DNA of 64,000 nt from an uncultured Candidatus Saccharibacteria bacterium (lineage in GTDB: Bacteria > Patescibacteriota > Andersenbacteria > UBA10190), in NCBI GenBank assembly GCA_964359735.1, contig CAYHTZ010000005.1, positions 3,882-67,881 on the forward strand, written 5' to 3'. Position numbers and translations under genes: made by a program. A model generated the notes under the pieces. It did not search any database. It was not told the DNA's origin and saw only the letters and a program-made list of their open reading frames with translations. Shown one piece after another: positions 17,760 to 27,292 of this stretch. Within the stretch, counting starts at the first letter, position 1, and the number at the start of each line of letters is the position of its first letter.

Positions 17760-19172
17760 ATGTCGGCCATTTCTCAAAATCAATATCGCACACACGGTTG
17801 TTGTGAACTGCGGCCAATACATGCCGGGCAAGAAGTCACGCTGTCAGGCTGGGTAGACGTCCGCCGTGATCACGGCAAAATTGTATTTATCGATTTGCGT
17901 GATGAGAGCGGTATAGCCCAGCTCGTAATAACGCCGCCGCTGGCAACTGCCGAAGCCGCGCAACTCCGGTCAGAGTGGGTAATCAAAGTGTCAGGAAAAG
18001 TACAAGTTCGTCCGAAAGCTCAAGTGAATGCGAACATCGCAAGTGGAGAAATTGAGGTAGCAGTGGCCTCGCTTGAGATTATTAATGAGGCTGCCACGCC
18101 GCCGTTTGCCATTAACACTGACGGCCATGATATTAGCGAAGAGGTGCGACTCAAGTATCGCTACCTTGATCTGCGACGGCCGCGTCTGCAGCGTAATCTC
18201 CGCTTGCGCTCGAAGTTTGTAGAAGCCGCACGTCAATATTTATTTAGTCAGGGCTTTAACGAAGTTGAGACACCCTACTTTACCAGTACTACGCCAGAAG
18301 GATCGCGTGATTTTGTGGTACCCTCACGTCTCTATCCAGGTAAGTTCTTTGCCCTGCCACAGAGCCCGCAGCAGTATAAAGAGCTCCTGATGGTAGCTGG
18401 CTTCGAAAAGTACTTTCAAATCGCTCGCGCCTTCCGGGACGAAGACTTGAGAGCAGATCGCGGCTTTGAGCACACCCAAATTGACATGGAGATGAGCTTC
18501 GTAACGCGGGAAGATATTATGGCGCTTGACGAGGCAATGATCACATCAGCCGTGGAGGCTGTGGGCTTGACAGTGAAGGAGAAACCATTTCCACGATACA
18601 CCTACGCCGAGGCTATGAAGCAATTTGGCGCCGATAAGTTTGATCTCCGCACGGAAGAAGACAAAAAAGCCGGCCATCTGGCCTTTGCCTGGGTCACTGA
18701 TTTCCCATTTTTTGAGAAAACCGATGAAGAAGGTTGGACCTTTACGCATAACCCTTTCTCGGCGCCTCTGCCGGAACATCTCGAGTGGCACCTCAAAGGG
18801 GAAAACGTGGAGAAGATTATTGCGCAGCAATACGACTTGGTGTGTAATGGCGTTGAAGTAGGGGGTGGCAGCGTCCGCGCTCACAGGCCCGATATTTTGA
18901 AAGCAACATTTCGCATTATGGGGTACGACGAAGAGCGGATTGAACGTGACTTTGGCCATATGCTGAAAGCCTTGGGATCTGGCGCACCTCCGCACGGCGG
19001 CATTGCACATGGCGTGGAGCGCTTACTTATGACCCTCACCGGTGAGCAATACTTGCGCGAAGTCGTAGCCTTTCCGCAAACTTCCACCGGCCGCACTTCT
19101 GTCATGGATGCCCCCAGCCCCCTCACACCCGAACAACTCAAAGAACTCCACCTCAAATTGGATCTGAAATGA
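17760..19172 (+). CDS. aspS: aspartyl-tRNA synthetase, bacterial-type catalytic core but lacking the GAD insertion domain
   Basis: N-terminal OB-fold anticodon-binding domain; class II motif 2 FRDEDLRADRGFEHTQID; motif 3 region GGIAHGVERL. At 470 aa versus ~590, the sequence runs directly from ...DKFDLR into the WVTDFPFF segment with no room for a GAD domain. Confidence 0.8.
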   Translation: MSAISQNQYRTHGCCELRPIHAGQEVTLSGWVDVRRDHGKIVFIDLRDESGIAQLVITPPLATAEAAQLRSEWVIKVSGKVQVRPKAQVNANIASGEIEVAVASLEIINEAATPPFAINTDGHDISEEVRLKYRYLDLRRPRLQRNLRLRSKFVEAARQYLFSQGFNEVETPYFTSTTPEGSRDFVVPSRLYPGKFFALPQSPQQYKELLMVAGFEKYFQIARAFRDEDLRADRGFEHTQIDMEMSFVTREDIMALDEAMITSAVEAVGLTVKEKPFPRYTYAEAMKQFGADKFDLRTEEDKKAGHLAFAWVTDFPFFEKTDEEGWTFTHNPFSAPLPEHLEWHLKGENVEKIIAQQYDLVCNGVEVGGGSVRAHRPDILKATFRIMGYDEERIERDFGHMLKALGSGAPPHGGIAHGVERLLMTLTGEQYLREVVAFPQTSTGRTSVMDAPSPLTPEQLKELHLKLDLK

Positions 19173-20590
19173 CCTGGAAGAAAGTCTGGTCCAAACGGTT
19201 TTCGATTCGCTTAGCCGAGAACTGGCTCTATTCGGTTGAGCAATTTCCTCAGATATTCGGGGTGAAATTTCCCGACCAACTGATTGTTATCAAGGACGAG
19301 ATGGGGACGGGGTACCATGATGCCGAACAGCTTGAGAAGTGTCTCCAGGGCATTCTTAGAAAGATTTACGCATCCTCATTTGAGACTGTATACGAAACCA
19401 AAGCTTTACCAGTGCTGGAAAGTTTTCGGAAGTTTTGTCTCGCCATAGGGAAGCGCGATTTGGAAAAGCACTCCGCCGATCAGTTCATTGAGTTATGGCA
19501 AGAATTTATTACCCAAGAGGATGACTGGATGAATTATGTGTGGGCAGTCTTCAGTCTTGATGAAATCCTTTCGCGCGAGCTGAACAAGGAGCTACCTAAG
19601 GCTGTTACCAAAGATAAATTGGAACAGATTCTCTCGGCCATATTTTCCACCGAAAGGAAGACCGCAGCTGCTCAGCAACGCATAGACCTCTTGAACCTGG
19701 CTGCCCGAGCAACTCCTGAAAATCGAGAAGAAGGGCTCGCCCAGCTAACTAATCACTACGCCTACTTTCCTATACTCAACATGGATGAAGATCCCTTATC
19801 TCCCGAATACTTTGCCCGCGAGCTCAAGAAAATACCGCCGGAAGATGCTAAAGCTGAGCTCAAAAAGCTCGCAACCGCAGCCAGGCAGCATCAGAAAGCA
19901 TACAAAGAATTTCTCGCCTCCATTGAAAACAACCAAAAACTTTACCGCCTCGTCGATGCCTGCCACAGGGTGGCCTTTTACCGCGAATACCGTAACGACC
20001 TGCGCCAGGAAAGCTATTACCACGCACGAGCGCTCTATCAGGAAATAGCTCGCCGCCTGCAGCTGAGTATTTCTGGCGTTACCTATCTCACCAGATATGA
20101 AGTGAAAGAGTCGCTAGAGAAAGAAAACCCGGCGATCTCGCCAAGCCTAATCGCAGAGCGGAAAAAGTTTTCGGTTCTTCGTATCGAGGGAGGGCAAGTT
20201 TCGTATCACTTTGACCCGGCCACAGCGGATTTTTTGCCGCATACTGAAGAGTTACAGGGTGGTAAAAATATATTAACCGGAGTAGCGGCTTACCCTGGCA
20301 CAGTCCGTGGCAGAGTGAAGGTAGTACTGAGCGTTAAAAAAGACACAGATAAGTTTGAGCCCGGGGATATTCTTGTAGCCACCACGACTAACCTTAGTTT
20401 CATGCCGCTCATCTCGAAGGCCAGCGCCATTGTGACTGACGAAGGTGGTATGCTCACTCACACAGCCATTGTGGCCCGGGAGCTCAAAAAACCCTGCGTT
20501 GTCGGTACTGAAGTAGCTACCACGTTCCTCAAAGACGGAGATGAAATAGAAGTTCAAGCTGATAAAGGAATCGTAAGAATACTTGGGTAG
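19169..20590 (+). CDS. protein with C-terminal PEP-utilizing-enzyme mobile (phosphohistidine swivel) domain and uncharacterized alpha-helical N-terminal domain
   Basis: C-terminal ~110 aa (GTVRGRVKVV...GDILVATTTNLSFMPLISKASAIVTDEGGMLTHTAIVARELKKPCVVG) matches the PEP-synthase/PPDK swivel domain, including the conserved His. No ATP-grasp or PEP/pyruvate-binding TIM barrel is present. Confidence 0.6.
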   Translation: MTWKKVWSKRFSIRLAENWLYSVEQFPQIFGVKFPDQLIVIKDEMGTGYHDAEQLEKCLQGILRKIYASSFETVYETKALPVLESFRKFCLAIGKRDLEKHSADQFIELWQEFITQEDDWMNYVWAVFSLDEILSRELNKELPKAVTKDKLEQILSAIFSTERKTAAAQQRIDLLNLAARATPENREEGLAQLTNHYAYFPILNMDEDPLSPEYFARELKKIPPEDAKAELKKLATAARQHQKAYKEFLASIENNQKLYRLVDACHRVAFYREYRNDLRQESYYHARALYQEIARRLQLSISGVTYLTRYEVKESLEKENPAISPSLIAERKKFSVLRIEGGQVSYHFDPATADFLPHTEELQGGKNILTGVAAYPGTVRGRVKVVLSVKKDTDKFEPGDILVATTTNLSFMPLISKASAIVTDEGGMLTHTAIVARELKKPCVVGTEVATTFLKDGDEIEVQADKGIVRILG

Positions 20591-20633
20591 GAATAGTGGA
20601 AGATTGGGAGAAGATGTGTATACTTAACCGGTA

Positions 20634-21866
20634 ATGGAAACAAGCTCCATGCCGCCAACCCCAGTGGGGGAGGCCCGCCCCAAAAAACGACGGCTAGGGA
20701 AACTAGCCGCCATTTTGTTATTGTTCCTGGCTGGCTTGTTTGTGGGGCGCTACGTTGTGCCTGCCGCTGAATTGGCTCAGACACCCCTCCAATTTGTGGC
20801 CGTAAAAGAAGGGGAGAGGCAATTAGTATTCCCAACGTTCTGGGAAGCCTGGGATATCCTGCATCAAGAATTCATTGGCGAGGTCAATGACAGGAATTTG
20901 TTCTATGGGGCCGTGTCAGGCCTCGTGAGCGCTGCCGGCGACCCGTACACCGTTTTCTCCGACCCTGAAGAGACCAAACAATTCGAAGAAAACATCGAAG
21001 GTTCCTTTAGCGGCATCGGTGTGGAAATCGGCATGCGCGATGGAGCCGTGACGGTGATTGCTCCGCTGGACGGGTCTCCTGCCGCTCAGGCGGGAGTGCG
21101 GGAGGAAGATATTATCGCGGCCATTAACGGCGAGCCTATCCGCCCGGAGGAAAACCTCGACGATGTGGTGGATCGCATCCGCGGCCCCAAGGGATCAAGC
21201 GTAAAGCTAACCGTGCTGCACAAAGATGAAGCGTCCTCGGTTGAAATTACGATTGTGCGCGACACGATTCACATCGAAAGCGTAAAAATGAATATCACTG
21301 ACGGCGTGGCCCACATGGAAATTACCAGCTTCAATGGCGATACCCCGAAGCTTTTTACTGACGCTGCCCATGAAGCCGCCCGCGCTGGTGTCAAAGGGGT
21401 AATTTTGGACCTGCGCAACAACCCTGGCGGCTTCCTCGATGGGGCCGTGAAGATTGCCGGCGTCTTTCTAGAGCCGAATACAGTCGTAGTTTCAGAAAAG
21501 GGCGATCAAGAAAGAGAGTACCACTCCAAAGGCCAGCCTATTTTAAAAGACCAGCCTATCGTTGTTCTCATTAACGGCGGTTCGGCCTCAGCGGCGGAGA
21601 TTGTAGCCGGTGCGCTGCAGGATAAGCGCGGCGCCCGTCTCGTCGGGCAAAAGACGTTTGGGAAAGGTTCGGTGCAGGAATTCAAGAAGCTCTCGGATGG
21701 ATCCAGCATTCGCATAACTGTTGCCAAGTGGTTTACCCCATCCGGGCGTTCTATTGAGGATGCGGGCATTGAGCCTACTATCGTGGTAGAAAATAACCGG
21801 GATACTCCCGCAGACGAGCCCCTTGACCGCGCGGTCGAGGAGCTGCAAACTTTGCTAAAGGTATGA
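20634..21866 (+). CDS. ctpA: carboxyl-terminal processing protease (S41 family, Ctp)
   Basis: Signal-anchor; PDZ domain; S41 catalytic region GVILDLRNNPGGFL...GGSASAAEI...FGKGSVQ. Confidence 0.85.
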   Translation: METSSMPPTPVGEARPKKRRLGKLAAILLLFLAGLFVGRYVVPAAELAQTPLQFVAVKEGERQLVFPTFWEAWDILHQEFIGEVNDRNLFYGAVSGLVSAAGDPYTVFSDPEETKQFEENIEGSFSGIGVEIGMRDGAVTVIAPLDGSPAAQAGVREEDIIAAINGEPIRPEENLDDVVDRIRGPKGSSVKLTVLHKDEASSVEITIVRDTIHIESVKMNITDGVAHMEITSFNGDTPKLFTDAAHEAARAGVKGVILDLRNNPGGFLDGAVKIAGVFLEPNTVVVSEKGDQEREYHSKGQPILKDQPIVVLINGGSASAAEIVAGALQDKRGARLVGQKTFGKGSVQEFKKLSDGSSIRITVAKWFTPSGRSIEDAGIEPTIVVENNRDTPADEPLDRAVEELQTLLKV

Positions 21867-22339
21867 GCCGCAAAGTGACGGTACTTCTCCTGGAAGATAT
21901 TAAGGAGCTCGGAAAAGCAGGGGATATCGTCACCGTCAGTGAAGGTCACGCGCGCAACTTTCTATTTCCCGAGGGCACAGCGGCTCTCGCGGATGAGAAT
22001 GCGCAGCGCCAGGCCGAGCGGCGCCGTGAGCGCGCTCAAGCTGAAAGCAATAAAGTGCTCGCCGAAGCCCAGGTGCTGGCAGAAAAGCTTGAAGGCACTG
22101 AGCTCACGATCAAGGCGAGGCGCAAGGAAGAAGACGAAGGCGACGAAATCTTTGGCAGCATCAATGCGCGACGGGTTGCCGACGAGTTAAATCAAGCCGC
22201 TCAAATCGACGTAAAACCCAAAGATATTAGGCTGCCAAAAGCCATTACCCGGCTCGGCAGCCAACCCGTGGTGGTGCACCTTTCGCCCGAAGTAGATATA
22301 ACTATTCAGGTAACTATTATTCCCGATGAAGAGGCCTAA
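21863..22339 (+). CDS. rplI: 50S ribosomal protein L9
   Basis: MSRKVTVLLLEDIKELGKAGDIVTVSEGHARNFLFP matches the L9 N-domain; ~158 aa. Confidence 0.85.
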   Translation: MSRKVTVLLLEDIKELGKAGDIVTVSEGHARNFLFPEGTAALADENAQRQAERRRERAQAESNKVLAEAQVLAEKLEGTELTIKARRKEEDEGDEIFGSINARRVADELNQAAQIDVKPKDIRLPKAITRLGSQPVVVHLSPEVDITIQVTIIPDEEA

Positions 22340-23951
22340 ATACATTTTTGTCACCGGCGGCGTGCTTTCCGGATTAGGGAAAGGAGTTACCGCCGCCTCC
22401 ATCGGCAACATTTTGAAAGAGCGGGGGTTTAAGGTAAACATGCAAAAGTTTGATCAGTACATCAACGTCGATGCAGGAACATTAAACCCTGGCGAGCACG
22501 GCGAGGTTTTCGTTACCGATGATGGAGCGGAGACAGACTTGGACTTGGGACACTACGAGAGGTTCTTGCACCAGAACCTCACCGCTGACTCTTCTATTAT
22601 GACAGGGAAAATTTATCAGTCTCTTATAGCTCGCGAGCGCCGCGGCGACTACCTGGGGAAAACCGTCCAAGTTATTCCGCATGTGACGGACGAAGTGAAG
22701 CTGCGCGCGCGCGAAGCTGCGGAGAGCAGCCGCTGCGACATCCATATCGTGGAAATTGGAGGCACAGTGGGGGACGACGAAGGGTTTCATTTCATTGAAG
22801 CTGCTCGGCAGATGTTTTTGGATGAAGGCGACGAAAACGTGTTGTATGTGCACGTGGTGTTTTTGCCATACCTCAAGGTGTCTGATGAAGTGAAAACCAA
22901 GCCGGCGCAAAATAGCGTCAGGGAACTGCGCAGCATTGGTATTCAACCTGACATCTTAGTAGCCAGAACTGATCATCCGGTGCGGGCTGACATTGTTAAT
23001 AAACTTTCGCTGTACACCAACGTCCAGAAGGATTCTATTCTGCCGCTCCTCACCGTAGAGAGCGTCTACGAGGTGCCTCTCATCATGGAGCAGCACAATC
23101 TCGACGAGGTTATTTTGAAAAAACTTGGACTGCGCCCTCGCCAGCGGGTAAGCGGTCGGTGGGAGAAACTCGTGAAAAAAATTAAGCAAGAAAAGCCGAG
23201 GGTGACGATCGGTATGGTGGGAAAGTACACTACCATGCTCGATACGTACGCAAGTTTAGTTGAGGCTCTCAAAGCCGCGGCTTGGCAAAATAACCACGAT
23301 TTGAACCTAAGCTGGGTAGACGCAGAGGAAGTAGAAAAATATGGGCCGGAAAAGTTTTTGGGAGATGTGGATGGCGTTGTTGTGCCAGGTGGCTTTGGCG
23401 TGCGGGGCACTGAGGGGAAAATTGCTGCTATTCAGTACGCGCGCGAGCACAAAATTCCGTACTACGGTTTGTGCCTTGGCATGCAACTCGCCGTGATCGA
23501 ATACGCGCGCAATGTGCTAGGTATTGCTCAAGCAACTTCTGAGGAGTTCTTGCCTGCGCCTGGGCAGCGTAGCTCTGCTCAAGAGCGAAGTTGCCTCATT
23601 CACATCATGGAGCGTCAGAAAACTGTCACTGATAAAGGCGGTACCATGCGCTTAGGCGGATGGGATTGTGTCCTCAATAAGAAGTCGTTTGCCTTCAAAG
23701 CGTATGGAAAGGAAAAAATTCGTGAGCGCCATCGCCACCGCTACGAATTTAATAATGATTTTCGTGAGCGCCTACAGGAAGCTGGTATGCGTATTGCAGG
23801 CACAACTCCGGATAAGGAACTGGTGGAAATTATTGAAGTCGAAGACCATCCCTGGTTTGTGGGCGTGCAGTTCCACCCTGAATTTACCTCCCGCCCCTTA
23901 ACGGGTCACCCACTCTTTAATGCATTCATAGCGGCGGCAGTAAAAAAGTGA
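22326..23951 (+). CDS. pyrG: CTP synthase
   Basis: KYIFVTGGVLSGLGKG N-terminus; synthetase domain; C-terminal class I glutamine amidotransferase (GLCLGMQ, HPEF). Confidence 0.95.
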   Translation: MKRPKYIFVTGGVLSGLGKGVTAASIGNILKERGFKVNMQKFDQYINVDAGTLNPGEHGEVFVTDDGAETDLDLGHYERFLHQNLTADSSIMTGKIYQSLIARERRGDYLGKTVQVIPHVTDEVKLRAREAAESSRCDIHIVEIGGTVGDDEGFHFIEAARQMFLDEGDENVLYVHVVFLPYLKVSDEVKTKPAQNSVRELRSIGIQPDILVARTDHPVRADIVNKLSLYTNVQKDSILPLLTVESVYEVPLIMEQHNLDEVILKKLGLRPRQRVSGRWEKLVKKIKQEKPRVTIGMVGKYTTMLDTYASLVEALKAAAWQNNHDLNLSWVDAEEVEKYGPEKFLGDVDGVVVPGGFGVRGTEGKIAAIQYAREHKIPYYGLCLGMQLAVIEYARNVLGIAQATSEEFLPAPGQRSSAQERSCLIHIMERQKTVTDKGGTMRLGGWDCVLNKKSFAFKAYGKEKIRERHRHRYEFNNDFRERLQEAGMRIAGTTPDKELVEIIEVEDHPWFVGVQFHPEFTSRPLTGHPLFNAFIAAAVKK

Positions 23952-23969
23952 CAGGGTAAAAAGAGACCT

Positions 23970-24293
23970 ATGTCCAAGAAGAAGCAACCTATTGACTTTA
24001 AGGCTCCAGCTACAAAGGGAGATGTGGAAGAGCTAGCCTTGCTAACTGATAAGAATTTTCGAAGAGTCGAACGCAATATGGCGACCAAACGAGATATTGC
24101 ACGACTTGAGAAAAAGAAAGAGCAATACAAGCAAGATATTATTAGTGCATTTAAGACCTCCACTGAGGAACAGAAACATGATCTCGAGGCTGCCCACCAG
24201 GATCAGCTTGATATAGTTGCCGGCAAAAAAGATGCTCCGCTGCAATGGAAATCCATCCCTCGCCGCGCTCGGCAAAGCTGCTGGTATGGCTAG
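23970..24293 (+). CDS. hypothetical small charged/coiled-coil protein
   Basis: 107-aa ORF 18 nt after the pyrG stop; no recognisable motif. Confidence 0.35.
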   Translation: MSKKKQPIDFKAPATKGDVEELALLTDKNFRRVERNMATKRDIARLEKKKEQYKQDIISAFKTSTEEQKHDLEAAHQDQLDIVAGKKDAPLQWKSIPRRARQSCWYG

Positions 24294-24390
24294 CGCGTTT
24301 GGGTATAGTGCATTAGCTACGACCCTGATTGCATGGGCGAGAAGAATAGCAAGTCGAGCAAAAGAGAAGTAATAGACGACTAATCTTCAA

Positions 24391-24672
24391 TTACTTCCCA
24401 GTTTTGATGCCAACAAAAGTTCGTTTCGTAAGTTTGCCGGTGAAATTCTTCATCGTGCGGCGGCTAAAAGTCACAATACCGGAAACCACGGCGTAGAGTG
24501 TGTCATCTGAACCCTGGCGGACATTTTCTCCGGGATGGTATTTGCTGCCGCGCTGACGGATTATGATTTGCCCTGGCCGCGCAGGCTGGCCGGCGTAAAT
24601 TTTAACGCCCAGGCGCTTGCTCTCTGATTCGCGTCCGAGTTGGGTTGAGCCGGCTGCCTTCTTGTGTGCCAT
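24391..24672 (-). CDS. rpmA: 50S ribosomal protein L27
   Basis: [24 protein letters not shown]... is a canonical L27 N-terminus. Confidence 0.9.
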   Translation of the reverse strand: MAHKKAAGSTQLGRESESKRLGVKIYAGQPARPGQIIIRQRGSKYHPGENVRQGSDDTLYAVVSGIVTFSRRTMKNFTGKLTKRTFVGIKTGK

Positions 24673-24673
24673 A

Positions 24674-25897
24674 TTATTTCTTCTTCCAAAGGGTTAATTC
24701 TCGTCCCACCCAGGCGTCTGGCCGAGCGTATAAAAGCTCTTGCCGACTCCCAAATGGATGCACCCTACGATACCCAAGCTTCTCGATTGCGTCAAGAATG
24801 CCCTCAGGGAAAAGTACGAAATCCTGGCCTCTCTTTTGAGCAAAAGCCGGAAAAATGAAAACAACTTTTCCTTCGGTCTCTAACACAGGCAGGAAATTGC
24901 GAAATGCTTGAATATAAAGCGTGCCAAGTTTTTGGAGTAGGGGCCTGCCCGCCGAAGCCTTGGCGAAGGCGGGAGAACGTAGCGGGGGACCTAAGTGCGG
25001 CTCCGTCACCACGGCATCTACCGTACCAATCATTTCCTTGGGAAAGGCCTGCTGCGCATCATGCAGAAAGACTTTCGGCACAGGGTCGCTTGAAACATCA
25101 AAGTGTTCAGCGAGCCAAGCAAGGTTTACCTGGGTAGCCTCTACCATTTTCTTGTTGTTATCGGACCCAATCATGTGATATCCCATGAGCTGTCCCTCCT
25201 GAAGCGTAGTCCCCATACCGCAAAAAGGGTCAAAAATGGTGGCTTCAGCAGCATCTCCCACAGCCACGTTAATCATGATCTGTGCCAGTTTGGGCGGCAG
25301 CATCCCCACCTCACCCGAGCGCGCTGGACGGGCCGTATCTCGGATTTCATAGGCACGAATATCTTGGATCCAAATTGTTTTCAATGCCCACCACTCCTGA
25401 GCGGAAGGTACCAAGACAAGCTCGGCATTGGGTGCCTGGTCTAAACGGTTAAAGATCACTTGGGCTGCATTTAGTTCGGCTCCGTTGCCTTTCGGAAGAA
25501 CAAATTTCAGCTTGCTGCCTTGCTCTTGCGCCCCTGACTTCAGTTCGAAGGCCAGTGAATTTAACTTCAAGCGGTCGTCAGGTGTGCCGAGCCCCAGCAT
25601 CCACTTCTTGGGGAGGGGAGAGAGTTTCTCGAGCAAGGTTCCGGCATCCCAAGGCTGTGGCTGCCGGCCAAGGATTATACTCACGCGATCGGTACCCCCT
25701 AGCCGATCAAAAAGATTTTCTGGGATGTCTGCCTCACATTTTGCGACGCAGAGGGGAAGGGGAGCTGCCACGGTTTCAACGCGGCAGCGATTACCAAGCA
25801 CCTTGGTAATCTCCAGTTCAGAAAGGCGAGGGTGGGAACCCAAAAAGAAAGTATATTCTGGCATACTAGGTATATAGTACCGCACGAAGGAACACAT
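24674..25897 (-). CDS. SAM-dependent N-methyltransferase, UPF0020/THUMP-type putative RNA (guanine-N2)-methyltransferase
   Basis: Motif [12 protein letters not shown] and motif [10 protein letters not shown] (a (D/N/S)PPY variant), preceded by a ~200 aa N-terminal domain. Placement next to rpmA supports a housekeeping RNA-methylase role rather than a restriction-modification role. Confidence 0.5.
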   Translation of the reverse strand: MCSFVRYYIPSMPEYTFFLGSHPRLSELEITKVLGNRCRVETVAAPLPLCVAKCEADIPENLFDRLGGTDRVSIILGRQPQPWDAGTLLEKLSPLPKKWMLGLGTPDDRLKLNSLAFELKSGAQEQGSKLKFVLPKGNGAELNAAQVIFNRLDQAPNAELVLVPSAQEWWALKTIWIQDIRAYEIRDTARPARSGEVGMLPPKLAQIMINVAVGDAAEATIFDPFCGMGTTLQEGQLMGYHMIGSDNNKKMVEATQVNLAWLAEHFDVSSDPVPKVFLHDAQQAFPKEMIGTVDAVVTEPHLGPPLRSPAFAKASAGRPLLQKLGTLYIQAFRNFLPVLETEGKVVFIFPAFAQKRGQDFVLFPEGILDAIEKLGYRRVHPFGSRQELLYARPDAWVGRELTLWKKK

Positions 25898-25899
25898 CT

Positions 25900-26370
25900 A
25901 TGAGCCTGACAAGTACATGGGTATTTCTAAAGCAGCACAGCGGCTATCTCTGGCCGACCGTGGCGGTGCTGCTCGCTTTTGGCGCCGGCTGGCAGGTAGG
26001 GAAGGTGACTTCTCCTTACTATGCTGCTCACCCCATTGTGTTTGAGGAGTCGTGTGAGGCAGACTGTGCCTCACCTGGGCGTGAAAATGGTTCTCCTGAA
26101 GCACTTAATTCCTTGCTTGAAGAGTCCCGGGCACTACAGGCGGAAGTAAAAGAGTCAGCGACCCCGGAGCCCTCTGTGGCTGCGGCTGTCGCAACTTCAG
26201 GCAAGCAATTCGTCGGCAGCGTGAATTCAGACTTATACCATGACCCCAGCTGCCCTGCGGCAGGGAGGATCAAAGACGCTAACCAAGTGTGGTTTGCCTC
26301 GCGGGAAGAGGCAGAGGCCGCGGGGTATTCGCCCAGCCAGTGCACCAAAGAAAAACTTGGTTTACCTTGA
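25900..26370 (+). CDS. hypothetical membrane-anchored protein with Cys-containing C-terminal domain
   Basis: N-terminal TM. C-terminal YHDPSCPAAGRI...NQVWFASREEAEAAGYSPSQC pattern (Y-H-x3-C ... G-Y-x-P-x2-C). Confidence 0.4.
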   Translation: MSLTSTWVFLKQHSGYLWPTVAVLLAFGAGWQVGKVTSPYYAAHPIVFEESCEADCASPGRENGSPEALNSLLEESRALQAEVKESATPEPSVAAAVATSGKQFVGSVNSDLYHDPSCPAAGRIKDANQVWFASREEAEAAGYSPSQCTKEKLGLP

Positions 26371-26437
26371 GCGAAGTCGATAGGCCAGCGGAGTGGGGGA
26401 GAGAAGAATAGAAGCGAATTGATCCCGTTAGAAACAT

Positions 26438-26476
26438 GCTCTGCTAAGAGCAGAGCAGTGCCTCCAGTCTTTTTAG
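26438..26476 (+). terminator. candidate intrinsic terminator after the 25900-26370 gene
   Basis: gctctgct-aag-agcagagc hairpin followed 14 nt later by TCTTTTT. Confidence 0.3.
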
Positions 26477-26920
26477 AACTGGATTTCTAACGAGATTGAC
26501 TTTAGTACCAATAATGTTCGGAGGCTGTGGATAAGGTGAAACGTCCCTCTTGTCGTAAAAGGTATATTGTGCGACGCTAACCATTCTCCTTGCCTCACGC
26601 TGTTTACATCTCTCTCGTACTGCCACACTTCATTCTTCCACTCTCTTCCTGCTTCTACCTCTCTGCTCTTCCCTAGCAAAATGAAAATTTTTTCCTTCCC
26701 GCTTCCCCGCAACTTGAGACGTCGGAAAAGTTCCTTCTCTTTGCCTCTCCAGGGCCCAGCTAATCGATTCCCTTACTTTCTAAAACAGTGGTTTTGCAAC
26801 GACATGCCGCAGCGGCCCTTTTCCTACATTTTGAGGGCATTTAAGGCGCCTTTTTGCCCCAAAATGGCGCTAGGCCGCGTCTTTTTTGCCCCCCGAAGCT
26901 GAGGGGAAGGACTTTTTGGG

Positions 26921-27124
26921 CTAAAGAATGTCGGAAAATACTTTGAAGACTGCTAACACAATCAGAGCCAAAGCTGCTAAGACGAAGAACCATTTAATAG
27001 TTTTGAAGATGAACTTGGTTACGAGAGCGGTGAGTATCACCAAGACAAAACCGATGATGTACCAGCGGTATGGCCCTTCCAATTGCAGAACTACCTCCGC
27101 AATCTTATCAAAATTAATATCCAT
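26921..27124 (-). CDS. small hydrophobic protein (hypothetical)
   Basis: 67-aa ORF with two predicted TM helices; no other support. Confidence 0.3.
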   Translation of the reverse strand: MDINFDKIAEVVLQLEGPYRWYIIGFVLVILTALVTKFIFKTIKWFFVLAALALIVLAVFKVFSDIL

Positions 27125-27292
27125 GCTTGTTCCCTGTGCCTCTCGTGCTCAGTGCCTCTTTTTGAAGATCTCGCGCCACACGTGCCGTAAAAGATAATAA
27201 AAGGCATAGATTGGCCCCCAGATTGGCGAAAGCTTAACGACTACCTTCTCAAAGAATTCGTCAGGATTATAGGTGGCCATAGAGGGTGCGAT

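Noticed and set aside
24674-25897. Orphan DNA methyltransferase / restriction-modification remnant
   Set aside because: The motif pair [10 protein letters not shown] / TEPHLG plus a large N-terminal domain fits UPF0020/THUMP RNA methylases better. No restriction-endonuclease-like neighbour.
26567-26902. 111-aa ORF in the pyrimidine-rich noncoding stretch
   Set aside because: Translation is low-complexity (S/L/P/F-rich), driven by the CT skew. Treated as noncoding.
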